Origin: Lama guanicoe
Lineage: Eukaryota
Assembly: GCA_013239625.1 (NCBI GenBank)
Contig: MU054188.1
Location: forward strand, 11,310-60,589
Reading direction: 5' to 3'
DNA length: 49,280 nucleotides
The notes under the pieces were generated by a model, which worked only from the letters and a program-made list of their open reading frames with translations, made no database searches and was not told where the DNA came from. Position numbers and translations under genes: made by a program. This document shows, piece after piece, positions 13,875 through 23,910 of this stretch. Position 1 is the stretch's first letter; each line of letters starts with the position of its first letter.

Positions 13875-15394
13875 CTCTGTCGAAGATGCACTGGACACCG
13901 GAACACGCCCAGCCCCTCAACCAGTGGCCAGAGCAGCACTTGGACGTCTCCTCCACCACCCCATCGCCAGCTCACAAGTTGGAGTTGCCCCCTGGGGGTC
14001 GTCAGCGCTGCCACTATGCTTGGGCACACGACGACATCTCTGCCCTCACTGCCTCCAACCTCCTCAAGCGCTACGCAGAGAACTATTCGGGGGTCCTGGA
14101 CTCGCCCTGTGAGCGCCCCACCCTGGGAGGCTAAGGCGACGCCGCTTTCCTCAACGGCGCCAAGGGGGACCCCGAGCCCTGGCTGGGGCCAGAGAACCCC
14201 TACCTCTTGGCATCGCTCCACGAGGGCCTCCCGGGAACCAAGTCCGGCAGTGGGGGAGGTTCCGGGGGCCTCGGGGAATCCCCGGTTTTAGCCGGGAACC
14301 TGCCTGAACCCCTCTACGCCGGCAACGCGTGCGGGGGCCCGTCGGCGGCAGCCGAGTACTCGGCTGGCTACGGCGGCGGGTACCTGGGGCCCAGTTACTG
14401 CTCGCAGACGAGCGCCGCGCTCCCCCCCGCCGCCCCCGGTCGCGCTCCTGCAGGGCTACGCCGCGCAGCCGCCACCGCCGGCCCCGCCCCCGGCCCCCTA
14501 CCTGACCTCGGGCTTGGCGGCGCCCACGCCCGCCCCGCCCCGGCCGGCGCACTCCTACGGCTTCCAGGCGGCTGCGGAGGCCGCGGTGTCGCTGAAGCGC
14601 AAGGGCGCCGCCGAGGGCCGCTACCGCAAGTACGTCTACGAGCCTGCCAAGGCCCCGGCGGCCGACGGCACCTCCTACCCTGCCGCGGACAACGGTGAGT
14701 GTCGGGGCGACGGGTTCCGGTCGAAGCCGCTGGGAGCCGCCGAGGAGGCGTCGGGCAAGTACGGCAGCGGTGTCCCCCTCAAGGTCCCTGGGCTCTCCTG
14801 TCTACGGCCCACAACTCGAGCCCTTTGAGAAGTTTCCGCAGCGGGCCCCGGCGCTGGCTCCCCGCGGGGGCTTTGCAGTGCCGTTGGGGGAGCCTCCCAA
14901 AGGTGAGGACCCGGGGGCCCTGGAGCTGGTGACCAGCAAGATGGTGGACTGCGGGCCGCCGGTAAAGTGGGTGGTGGTGGCAGGCCAGGGCGCGCTCAAG
15001 GCGGCGTTGGAGGAGGAGCTGGTGTGGCCCCTGCTGAGGCCGCCCGCCTTCCCGGGCAGCCCGGGCCCGCCCCGGAGCGACGCTGGCCGCACCGGGCGCG
15101 TCCGAAGGTGCGCGCCTCTTCCAGGCCGCCTTCGCGGCTGCGCGCTGCCGCCCGCCCGCTGTGCTCCTCCTCAGCGAGCTGGACGCGCTGCTGCCCGGCG
15201 TGGGCGCCGCGGGAGCCCTGCAAGCGCCGCTCCTGGCCTGCCTGGACGGCGCAGGGGCCGACGGCGTGCTGGTCGTGGGCACGACCTCGTGGCCCTCGGC
15301 CCTGGACGAGACGGCCCGGCTCGCGGGCAGATTCTACAGCGGGCGCTGGCGGCCCTGGTGCAGGGCACCCAGGGCTTTTCCGGGGGCGAGCTGG
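13875..15394 (+). pseudogene. FIGNL2: Fidgetin-like 2 AAA ATPase, unprocessed pseudogene (coding exon, disrupted and 3'-truncated)
   Basis: Polypyrimidine tract + AG at 13873-13874. ATG at 13886 begins [63 protein letters not shown]. Later frames give LVTSKMVDCGPPV..AGQGALKAALEEELVWPLLRPP, LLSELDALLP, DGVLVVGTT and ALVQGTQGFSGGEL. Lesions: TAA at 14132-14134, +1 C at 14422-14428 and 14786-14788, several deletions. Homology ends at ~15394. Confidence 0.95.
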
Positions 15395-15455
15395 AGAGGG
15401 CAGTCCTAGGAGTAAGCAGGCCCGGGAGATGGCAGGCCCAGGACAGGGCAGGCCA
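15393..15455 (-). repeat. Inverted segment (~4 units) of the 16-bp minisatellite
   Basis: The reverse complement reads ggcctgccctgtcctgggcctgccatctcccgggcctgcttactcctaggactgccctctcc, i.e. array units (compare 17424-17454). Confidence 0.88.
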
Positions 15456-17796
15456 GCCCCCTCCTGGGCATTTCCTCCCCTGTGCCTGACCTGCCCTGGA
15501 CCTACACTCCTTCCGTCACCTCACCTGGGCCTGCTCTCTCCTGTGCCTGGCTTCTCCTGGACCGTTCGTCTCCCGGGCCTGCCCTTTCCTGGGCCCGCCT
15601 GCTCCTGTGCCTGGCTTCTCCTGGGCTTTCCCTCACCTCAGCCTGCCCTCAATTGTGCCTAACCTCACCTGGTCCTCCTCTCTCATGGGCCTTTCTTATT
15701 CTGGTCCTGACCTCTACTGGGCCTGCCCTCCCCTAGGACTGTCCTCTCCTGAGCCTGACTTCTCTTGGACCTGATGTCATGTGGGCCTGTGTTCTCCTGG
15801 GCCAGCCCTGTTCTGTTCCTCTGCTCACCTGGTCCGGTTTTCTCCAGGGCAGCCCTCTCCTGGGCATTCTTTCCCCTGTACCTGACCTCCCCTGGGCCTC
15901 TCCTCACCTGGGCCAGCCCTCTCCTGGGCATTCCCTTCCCTGTGCCTGACATCCACTAGGCCTGCACACATCTGGGCCTGCCCGCTCCTGTGCCAGCCAT
16001 CTCTTGACCCTGCCTTCACCTGGACGTGACCTCATGTTGGCCTGCACTCTCCTGGACCAGCCCTATCCTTGGCCTGCGCCCACCTGGGCCTGCACACTCC
16101 TGTGAATACTGTCTCCAGGGCCAGCCCTCTCCTGGGCATTCCCTCCCCTGTGCCTGACCTTCCCTGGGCTTCTCCTCATCTGGTCCTGCCCTTTCCTTGG
16201 CCTGCCCTCACTTGGGCCTGCCCTCTCCTGCATCTGCTCTCACCTGGACCTGAATTCATGTGGGCCTTTGCTCTCATGTGCCAGCCCTGTCCTAGGCCTC
16301 CCCTTATCTTGGCCTGCCCTCTCCTGGGCCAGCCCTATCCTTCGCCTCCGCTCACCTGGGCCAGCCCTCACCTGGAACTGTCCTCTCCAGGTCCAGCCCT
16401 CCCCTGGGCATTCCCTCTGCTGTGCCTGACCTTCCCTGGGCCTCTGTTCACCTGGGCCTGCCCTCAGCTGGGCCTGACCTCTCCTCGGCCGCTGCTCACC
16501 TTGTCCTGTCCTTTCCAGGGACAGCCCTGTCCTGGACATTGCCTCCCATGTGCCTGACCTCCCCTGGTCCTGCACTAATCTGGGCCTGCCTCTCCTGTGC
16601 CTGCCCTCACCTGAACCTGACCTCATGTGGGCCTTTGCTCTGTTGGGCCATCCGTGTCCTGGGCCTGACCTCACCTGGTCCTGCCATTTCCTGGGCCTGC
16701 CTTCTGCTGGGCTAGCCCTATCCCGTGCCTGCACTCACCTGGGCATTCCCTCCCCTTTACGGGACCTCCCCTGGGCCTCTGTTCACCTGGGCCTGCCCTC
16801 AACTTGGCCTGCCCTCTCCTGGGCTTCCCCTCACCTGGGCCTGCCCTTTCCTGAGTCGGCCTTCACCAGGACCTAATCTCATATGGGCCTACCCTCACCT
16901 GGTGCTGCCCTCTCTTGGGCCTGCTCTCCCCTAGGACTGTTCTCTCCTGAGCCTGACTTCTCCCGGACCTGATGTCATGTGGGCCTGTGTTCTCCTGGGC
17001 CAGCCCTGTTCTGTTCCTCTGCTCACCTGGTCCGGTATTCTCCAGGGCAGCCCTCTCCTGGGCATTCTTTCCCTTGTACCTGACATCCACTAGGCCTGTG
17101 CACATCTGGTCCTGCCCGCTCCTGTGCCATCTCTTGACCCTGCCTTCACCTGGACCTGACCTCATGTTGGCCTGCGCCCACCTGGGCCTGCACACTCCTG
17201 TCAATACTGCCTCCTGGGCCAGCCCTGTCCTGGGCCTCCGCTCACCTAGTCCAGTCCTCTCCAGGGCAAGCCCTCTCCTGGGCATTCCCTCCCCTTTCCA
17301 TGACCTTCCGTGGGCCTCTCCTCACCTGGGCCTGCTCTTAACTGGGCTTGCCCTCTCCAGGGCCTGCCCTTTCCTGAGCCGGCCTTCACCAGGATCTGAT
17401 CTCATGTGGGCCTGCCCTCTCTTGGGCCTGCCCTCCCCTAGGACTGCCCTCTCCTGAGCCTGACTTCTCCTGGACCTGATGTCATGTGGGCCAGAGCTCT
17501 CCTGGGTCAGCCTTATTCTTGGCCTGCGCTCACCTGGGACTGCACACACTCCTGTGAATACTGTCTCCTGGGCCAACCCAGTCCTGGGCCTCCCCTCACC
17601 TGGAATTGTCCTCTCCAGGGCCTGCCCTAACCTGGGCCTGGCCTCTCCTGTGCATGACCTTCCCTGGGCTTCTCCTCATCTGGTCCTGCCCTTTCCTTGG
17701 CCTGCCATCTCCTGGGCCTGCCCTCTCCAGGGCCAGCCCTATCCTGGGCCTCCCCTCACCTGGAACTGTCCTCTCCAGGGCTAGCCCTACCCTGGG
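15456..17796 (+). repeat. 16-bp minisatellite, consensus CTGGGCCTGCCCTCTC, ~145 diverged units with higher-order duplications
   Basis: Consecutive 16-mers, e.g. ctgggcattccctccc/ctgtgcctgaccttcc/ctgggcttctcctcat/ctggtcctgccctttc/cttggcctgccctcac. The block 'cctaggactg..ctcctgagcctgacttctc..ggacctgatgtcatgtgggcc' recurs at ~15732, ~16930 and ~17437. Confidence 0.95.
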
Positions 17797-18989
17797 AATA
17801 AATATCAAGGCTGGATGGACGTAATGATCTTGTTTTTGAGACTCCAAAGTGGGATGATGTCTTCTGCTGATTGTCTGGTTTATTAAAGAAGCCTGAACCC
17901 ACCTGTCTACCATTATTTTTAGAGAAGAGAAGAGAGCCACAGAACACACTTGATCTCCCACTGCTGGAAGGTTAGGGGCTGCTGAGAAGTCAAAGCAGCA
18001 GGCTTTGTACATAGGGAGCGAACACAATCCTGATCGTCTCTCCCAGATCCACCTGTGGGTCACTAATTACTTCAATATAACTGCCAAATATAACCTTCAT
18101 CTGCTACCCCAATGCCAACACACATTTTAGACGACTCCCTTAAATTAAGTATTATAGGATTTCATCTGCTCTCCTCAGCCCCCAAAGCCTCATAAACAAC
18201 ACACCCAGCTGAGTGTCCCACTGAAAGGTACCACCTCTGTAGCGGGAAGGGTGGGGGTTGGAAGGTAAGGGGTGTGTGAGGGTGGGGGAGTGTGGGGGGG
18301 AGGGCTGGGAAGAGGGATTGTGTGGGAAGATAAACAGATCCTGACCAAGGGCAGGAGCCGGTCCACTGGTGGGGTCTGTAAATAATCTTGGGGGTTGGAG
18401 ACAGGTTGGAGGATGTCACCTGAAAGGCATCTACTAAGTGGTGAACTGAATGGGCCCCCTGGGGCGGGGTGGGAGAGGCGAGGTGGAAAGCAAATACACC
18501 TAGATGCAGATTAACCGTTCTGGAACTGGGTTTCCTAGGGTTAGAGAGGTTCCAAAGCCAAGCTCCAAAAGGGTTTAGGGGCCTGTTCGTCTCACTTCCT
18601 CCACAGAGCTTCCACGGGGCATGTGTATTCGAGGTGGGGGGTTTGGCCTCACTGAACTCAAGGCACTGCGTGAGGGGAAACGTGACTCGCTTTCCCAGAA
18701 TATTAGGGAGGAAGGAGAGGGAGGGAAAGAGGCACCCCAAGTGCAAGATCTGAAGGAAAGGCTTGAGACTCCCTTCCCCTTTCATCTGAGGTGCGCAAGG
18801 GCTCTCAACATCGGGATACCTCGGAGCGGCAAAGACCCCATCGCCCGAGCCCCACAATCTTGGCGGGAGAAAAGGCGCCCCCCAGGAATATCTGGAGGGA
18901 GAGAATGAAGACCCCCGCCCCTCAACATGCTGAGAGACAGAAACGTGATCTCCAAATCTTGCAGAAGGAAGCCCGCACTCTTCTCTATG

Positions 18990-19720
18990 GAACATGGGGG
19001 TGCTGGGGGCGCGACCCCTGAGAGCTCCCCGAATGCAGTTCCGCCTGGAACAGGGCTCGCATCCCCAGGGGCCCGGCGTGAGCTCGGTCCCAGCTGGGCG
19101 GCCGCGCCCCCGGGGTCGGGAGAAGCCGACTGGGGGCCACCGCGACTCCCCCGCGACCCCCGCCCGGCCACACTGTGCGCGTGGGGAGGGGGCGCGCTGT
19201 AGCCAGGGGCCGCGGCGGGAGGCCTCGCCCTCGCCCGGCCCTCTCCATCCTGGCCCCCGCCCCCGGGACTCACCCTGGATCCCTCGGGGCCCGGACCCGC
19301 CGCTGCCCGCGAGCAGGAGGACAACAAGGGGGAAGAAGGAGGAGGCTCCGGCCGACTCCGCCATAGTAACCGCCGCCGCCGCCGCCGCAGCCCAGCAGCG
19401 CCCAGCGCGCGCGCGCGCGCGCCCCCGGCGCCTCCCTTACCCTCTTCCCGTCGCCCCGCTCCCGCCTCCCTCTACTCCGCCCGGCCCCGGCACGTGCGCT
19501 CCCGGCGGAGCCGGCGCCGCGGCTGCCGCGCGCGCCCCCGAAGGGCGGGGCCGGGTGCGCACGGGTGCCCGCCTTAAAGGGGAGTGTCCCTGTTAAAGGG
19601 GTGGGAGGGGTTCGCGCCTCCGCCAATCTCACGGGTGGGTGCCGAGGGCGGCGCGGAGGCGGCCGGAACAGACGCGCGGCCTCAGCCCTGTCCTGCACCC
19701 CCTGCAGAGCAGCGTGATCT
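18990..19720 (-). promoter_or_regulatory. ACVR1B CpG-island promoter and 5' UTR
   Basis: Very high GC and CpG. GC boxes (gggcgggg ~19543-19550), CCAAT at 19623-19627, (GCC)6 at ~19371-19388 and an alternating (GC)9 tract at 19405-19422 in the 5' UTR. Confidence 0.85.
19274..19364 (-). CDS. ACVR1B: Activin receptor type-1B (ALK4) exon 1 coding part (signal peptide); orphan exon, no downstream exons in window
   Basis: ATG at 19364 gives MAESAGASSFFPLVVLLLAGSGGSGPRGIQ+G, 91 nt (same length as human exon 1 CDS), then a canonical donor GTGAGT at 19273-19268. Intron 1 runs only ~1.5 kb before hitting the minisatellite. Confidence 0.95.
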
Positions 19721-20110
19721 TGTGAAGGAAAAGCCCAGCTGGGCTAACAAGCTAAATCACAAATCTAAGTGCAACAAGTGTCGGATTACTGATCTGAATT
19801 CTGCTGGGCTAACTCATAAATCTGAAGTTTAGTGTCAGTCTATTGGGCTAACGAGCTCAGTCACAAATCTAAGTGTGATAAGTGTCGGTTTACTGATATA
19901 AGTTCTGCCGGGCTAACTTGTAAATCTAAAGTTTAGTGTCAGTTTACTGGGCTAACAAGCTAACTCGTAAATCCAAGCTCAAAAGTGTCAGTAACGTGAT
20001 CTGTTCCAAATTGATAAGCTCCAGTGTACTGATTCCTTGCTTTTTGTTGTTTAAACCTTATTGGCTAATAGCCTCATACTTGTAATTAACCCTATAAAAC
20101 CTCATGTATC
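19721..20110 (+). mobile_element. Probable ERV LTR U3 fragment with 104-bp tandem repeats
   Basis: Begins TGTGAAGG where CpG-island composition stops abruptly. GGGCTAAC occurs at 19741, 19806, 19845, 19910 and 19949 (65+39 = 104-bp period, ~2.3 copies). ATTGG at 20060-20064 and TATAAAA at ~20093-20099. No R/U5 or TSD seen. Confidence 0.6.
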
Positions 20111-21048
20111 AAGAAATGCCAGAAATGAGGACTGTTGCATGTTTATTATTGTAAAAAGCTGGAAACTTAAGGAGGCAATAACAGAAGACAAATAAATTAT
20201 GGTCCATCCATATGATGGAGAGTTATTTAATAATTAAAATTATATTAGTAAAAATAACGACGTGAGAAAATGTTCATGAGATAACGTTAAGTGAAAAAGC
20301 AAAATATAGAACTGCTTACAGTATTACTCTAATTTTGTTGATACTGTGTCTCTGTATAGGAAAAAGACTGGAAAAAAATAACCAATTATTATCAGTAATT
20401 ATCACCAGAATAATTTTTTACTTTTTCTTTAAACATTTCAGTATTTTCTAAATATTTTACAAATAAGTTGTACTTACAAATTTAGGGGGGAAATGCTTAT
20501 AAAAGGTCAACTGAATCACCCATTTCTTTTTGAAAAAAGTTCACTTTCAAAAGCTTGAAAAAGAGCTGAGATCATGAAAAGATCAGGGTTTGGAACCCAG
20601 AGTTCTGGATCTGAAGTCTCCTTTTCTTACTGTTTGGCATGAAAACTTGGGCAAGTTTGTTAACCTCTGTAAGCACAGTTTCATCATCTGAGATCTAAGG
20701 ATAGAGAGGATGACCAAAGGTGGAAGTGGGAAGAGCTTTTCAAATGGAATCCTCACCCTAGAAATTATCATCAACTTGAAGAACGTCCCTCCTCATATCC
20801 AGCAAAAAAGCTGGACTGCAGACACACTCTTCAGACACGACTTACACACAAACACACATGGGCAAAGTCTTGCAGAGGCACCATCTACACTTTTGTTAGT
20901 AGCTGGATAACGAGACACTTTATTTTTATACTGCTCTGCCTTGTTCTCCCAAAATGGGCACCCCCTCCCTTCCATCTAGCTGGCCTCCCAGACTGTGCTC
21001 CGTCCACACTTATGAGTGCCCGGCCGCAGTGGGCACAGTGCTGCTTAC

Positions 21049-21498
21049 TGCGTTGGTTTCCTGGGGCTGCCTTAACAAAGTACCATGAACTGGGTGGCTT
21101 CACAGGAGAGAAATTTACTCTCTCACCATTCTGAAGGCTAGAAATCTGAAACTGAGGTGTTAGCAGCCCCATCCTCTCTCTGACGGCTCTAGGGAAGAAT
21201 CCTTCCTTGTCTCTTCTGGTTTCTGCTGGTTCCCAGAATTCTTGATGTTCCGTGGCTTGTGGAAGCATTACTTCAATCTCTGCCTCCGTCTTCAGGTGGC
21301 CATCTTCCCTCTGTATCCAAATTTCTCTCTTCTTATAAAGACATCAATCATTGGCTTAGGGCCCACCTTAATCCAGTATGAGTTCAAGTCATTTTAGCTT
21401 GATATCATCTGCAAAGATCCTAGTTCCAAATACGATTACATTGACAGACTCCAAGTGGATATAACTACGTGGGGGAGAGCACTATTCAACACAGTACA
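21049..21498 (-). mobile_element. MLT1 (ERVL-MaLR) solo LTR
   Basis: 'tttcctggggctgccttaacaaagtaccatgaactgggtggctt...ctagggaagaatccttccttgtctcttct...gggcccacc' is the MLT1B/C signature. The minus strand starts TGTACTGTGTTGAAT. Confidence 0.88.
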
Positions 21499-21694
21499 TT
21501 CACCAACCCTTCCCATTGGAAGGAAAAACTGACCATCCCTGAGGCTGAGGGGGAGTGTCTGTCCTTCCCTATACCTTGCTAAGTGCTGCTGCTGTGGCCA
21601 CAAGACCAGGAGTCCCGGAGGAGACCTGTGGTTGCTTTACTCCTAGATTGCAAGGGTGGTCACGAACCTGAAGGTGCAGCCCAGGGAACCAGAA

Positions 21695-21925
21695 CACTGG
21701 GTCCACCGACCAAATGCCAGCTCCATTAGCTCACTTGATAGCATTTGACTTTGGGCAAGATATTTTGCCTCCCTAAACCTCAATTCCTTCGTCTGTAAAA
21801 TGGAGCTGATAATAGTTCTATCTCAGAGATGTGGGGATGGATGAAGATATTGTCTAGAAAGAACTTGGCACAGTTCCTGACACATAGGAAGTGATATAAA
21901 AAGAATAGCTCTTATGATGATGATG
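21695..21925 (+). mobile_element. MIR SINE
   Basis: Core 'tgactttgggcaag...cctcaattccttcgtctgtaaaatggag' and tail 'cttggcacagttcctgacacatagg'. Confidence 0.75.
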
Positions 21926-22635
21926 ATTTTGACCTTTGCTACAATCCTATGAAGTGGTTGAGGCATGTCAGGGTGTGTGCAATTTACAGGTGAAGCAATT
22001 GAGACCTAGGGAAGGTAAGCTACTCGTCCAAGCTCACATCTAATTAAGTGCTGAAGCCACAGCCTGCCGGTCCTGTGCTTCGTCAACAACACAGCATCTC
22101 ATGCTTTTCTAGGGACTGGTCTTCAACAGTCACCTGAAGGTGGGAAATTAGACTTGATGGGGTGGGGCAGGGGTGAGTTATAGTCCTCACACCCTATTCC
22201 GGAGAGTTTAAGGCATCTCCTCAAGTCAGAGCTTTACCAGATGATGCATGTACCTTCCCTTTACCTGAGCGTCGACAGACCACACAATCTCCCTACACTC
22301 CCTGTGGCAGCCTGGCTCTCCTGCCATCCCTGAAGTCCTCAGCAAAGTGTCCATTTCTATAAGCCTCCTAAATCTTAGGACAGGACCCGCATCACAATCT
22401 ATGAATTACTCGTCCGTCCTGCTTGGTCCCCTTGTCATGAAATTTCCCGGAGCTACCAGGATTCACTTCTCCAGAAAAAAGTCTTACTCCTCAGGCTCCA
22501 CTGACTAGACCACCCAGTATTACAGCTGCCGTCTTGGTCACAATGCACCAAGACACCCCTCTTCCTAAGGGATTCAGCACAATTTGCCTCTGTAAGTAGC
22601 AGGCTCATTAATCCCAAGAAGGCAATAGCTCATCT

Positions 22636-23910
22636 TCATTCACTCTGCAAGGGCATATTGAGCACCTGCAGTGTACCTGGCACAACATAAACAAGGATAA
22701 GCCATAGTCCTTGCCATCAAGGAACTTACACTCTAGCAGAGAGGAGCATTAAAAAAAAAAAGCAACATCATGTTATCTAACACGTCTGTAAAGGGTCAGC
22801 GGGGACACGCAGGAGGGCATGGATGATTCAGCTCTGCAGGGCTAAGGAGGTAGGGGGGCTTTCACGGAGAGGCCAGGCTCCAGCTGACTCCTGGGAGATC
22901 GAAGAGTGTTGCTTAGACAGGCTCCTGCGGGCAGGGGAAGGAAGGAGACTGTTTCTGGCAGAGGGAGCGGTATGAGCAAGACACTGAGGTGAAATTGCCC
23001 GGCGTGTAGGCATGGCAGCACACCCAGGGGGTGCAGGGCGAAGGGGGCTGGTGGGGAGCTGAATGTGATTTTGGAGAGATTGACAGAAAGCTGCTTGGCA
23101 GTATCCTTTTCTCTGGTATCCTTAGAAGGGTTCTAAGCAGGGGGTAAAGTGATCATATTTGTGCTTTAGAAGGACTACTTTGTTCAACCAAATAAACTTG
23201 AACTTTATGCAGATGGTTGAAGGAAGGCAAGATTGGTGGTAAGGAAACCAAAGAAAAGGCAATTCTAGTAGCTAAGACAAAACAGGAGGACCTGACCCTA
23301 GGCAGCAGCTATGGAGATGAGAAAGAAAAATAGATTCAAAAGATTTTAAAGAGGTAAAAACTGTAAGACTGATGGGATGTGGGAAATGAGGAGGAAATGG
23401 GGAGAGGCCCAGATATTTCCAGTATAATCTAACTTGGGTGACTGGCTGCTTGGTGGCTTCATTCAGCAGATTAGCAAGAGCCAGTCTGGGAGAAAGATAA
23501 TGATCTCTCCATTGGGCATTGTGAGTTTGAAGGGCCTCCTGTAGATACCTGAAGTCACAGAGATATGGATCTGGAAGTCAGTAGCTTGTCATAGTTGTTC
23601 AAACAGATCAGGGGTATGTGATCATTCTGGAAGTACAATAACACTGTCAGGAAACAGGAGACAGAGAAGGAACTGTCTGAGAAATAGGAAAACAACCTGG
23701 AAAAAATAGAATCATGAAAACCAGGGCAGAAGAGGGTTTCAGGAGATCAGTAGTTTCTAATGTGGCAAAGGAGACAAGTAAGCTGAGGAACAAAGAATGT
23801 CTAGGATTTGATAACTTGAAGCCCAGTGGTGACATTTACTCAGGCAGGTTCAATGGAAGGTGAGGTGGTGGTCTAACTTCAGGGGCCAAAAAATGAATGG
23901 GAGGTGAAGA
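22636..23910 (-). mobile_element. L2 LINE fragments
   Basis: Starts with the antisense L2 tail 'cattcactc...tattgagcacc...gtccttgccatcaaggaacttacactctag'; purine-rich L2-like body with 'gggcattgtgagtttgaagggcct'. Confidence 0.65.

Noticed and set aside
13875..15394. FIGNL2 as a processed retrocopy inserted in ACVR1B intron 1
   Set aside because: It retains a splice acceptor and upstream intron-like DNA, has no poly(A) or TSD, and is 3'- rather than 5'-truncated.
15456..17796. Resemblance to an immunoglobulin switch region or a CRISPR array
   Set aside because: It lacks the dense GAGCT/GGGGT (AGCT) pentamers and nearby Ig exons; there are no unique spacers, and the DNA is mammalian.
17797..17802. 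AATAAA on + strand exactly at the array end, as a poly(A) site for a FIGNL2-satellite transcript
   Set aside because: No + strand promoter or first exon is evident upstream, and a lone hexamer is expected by chance.
15482..17824. Many overlapping Pro/Leu/Trp/Cys-rich and Arg/Gly-rich ORFs
   Set aside because: They are translations of the 16-bp minisatellite; the period is not a multiple of 3 and ORFs appear in all frames.
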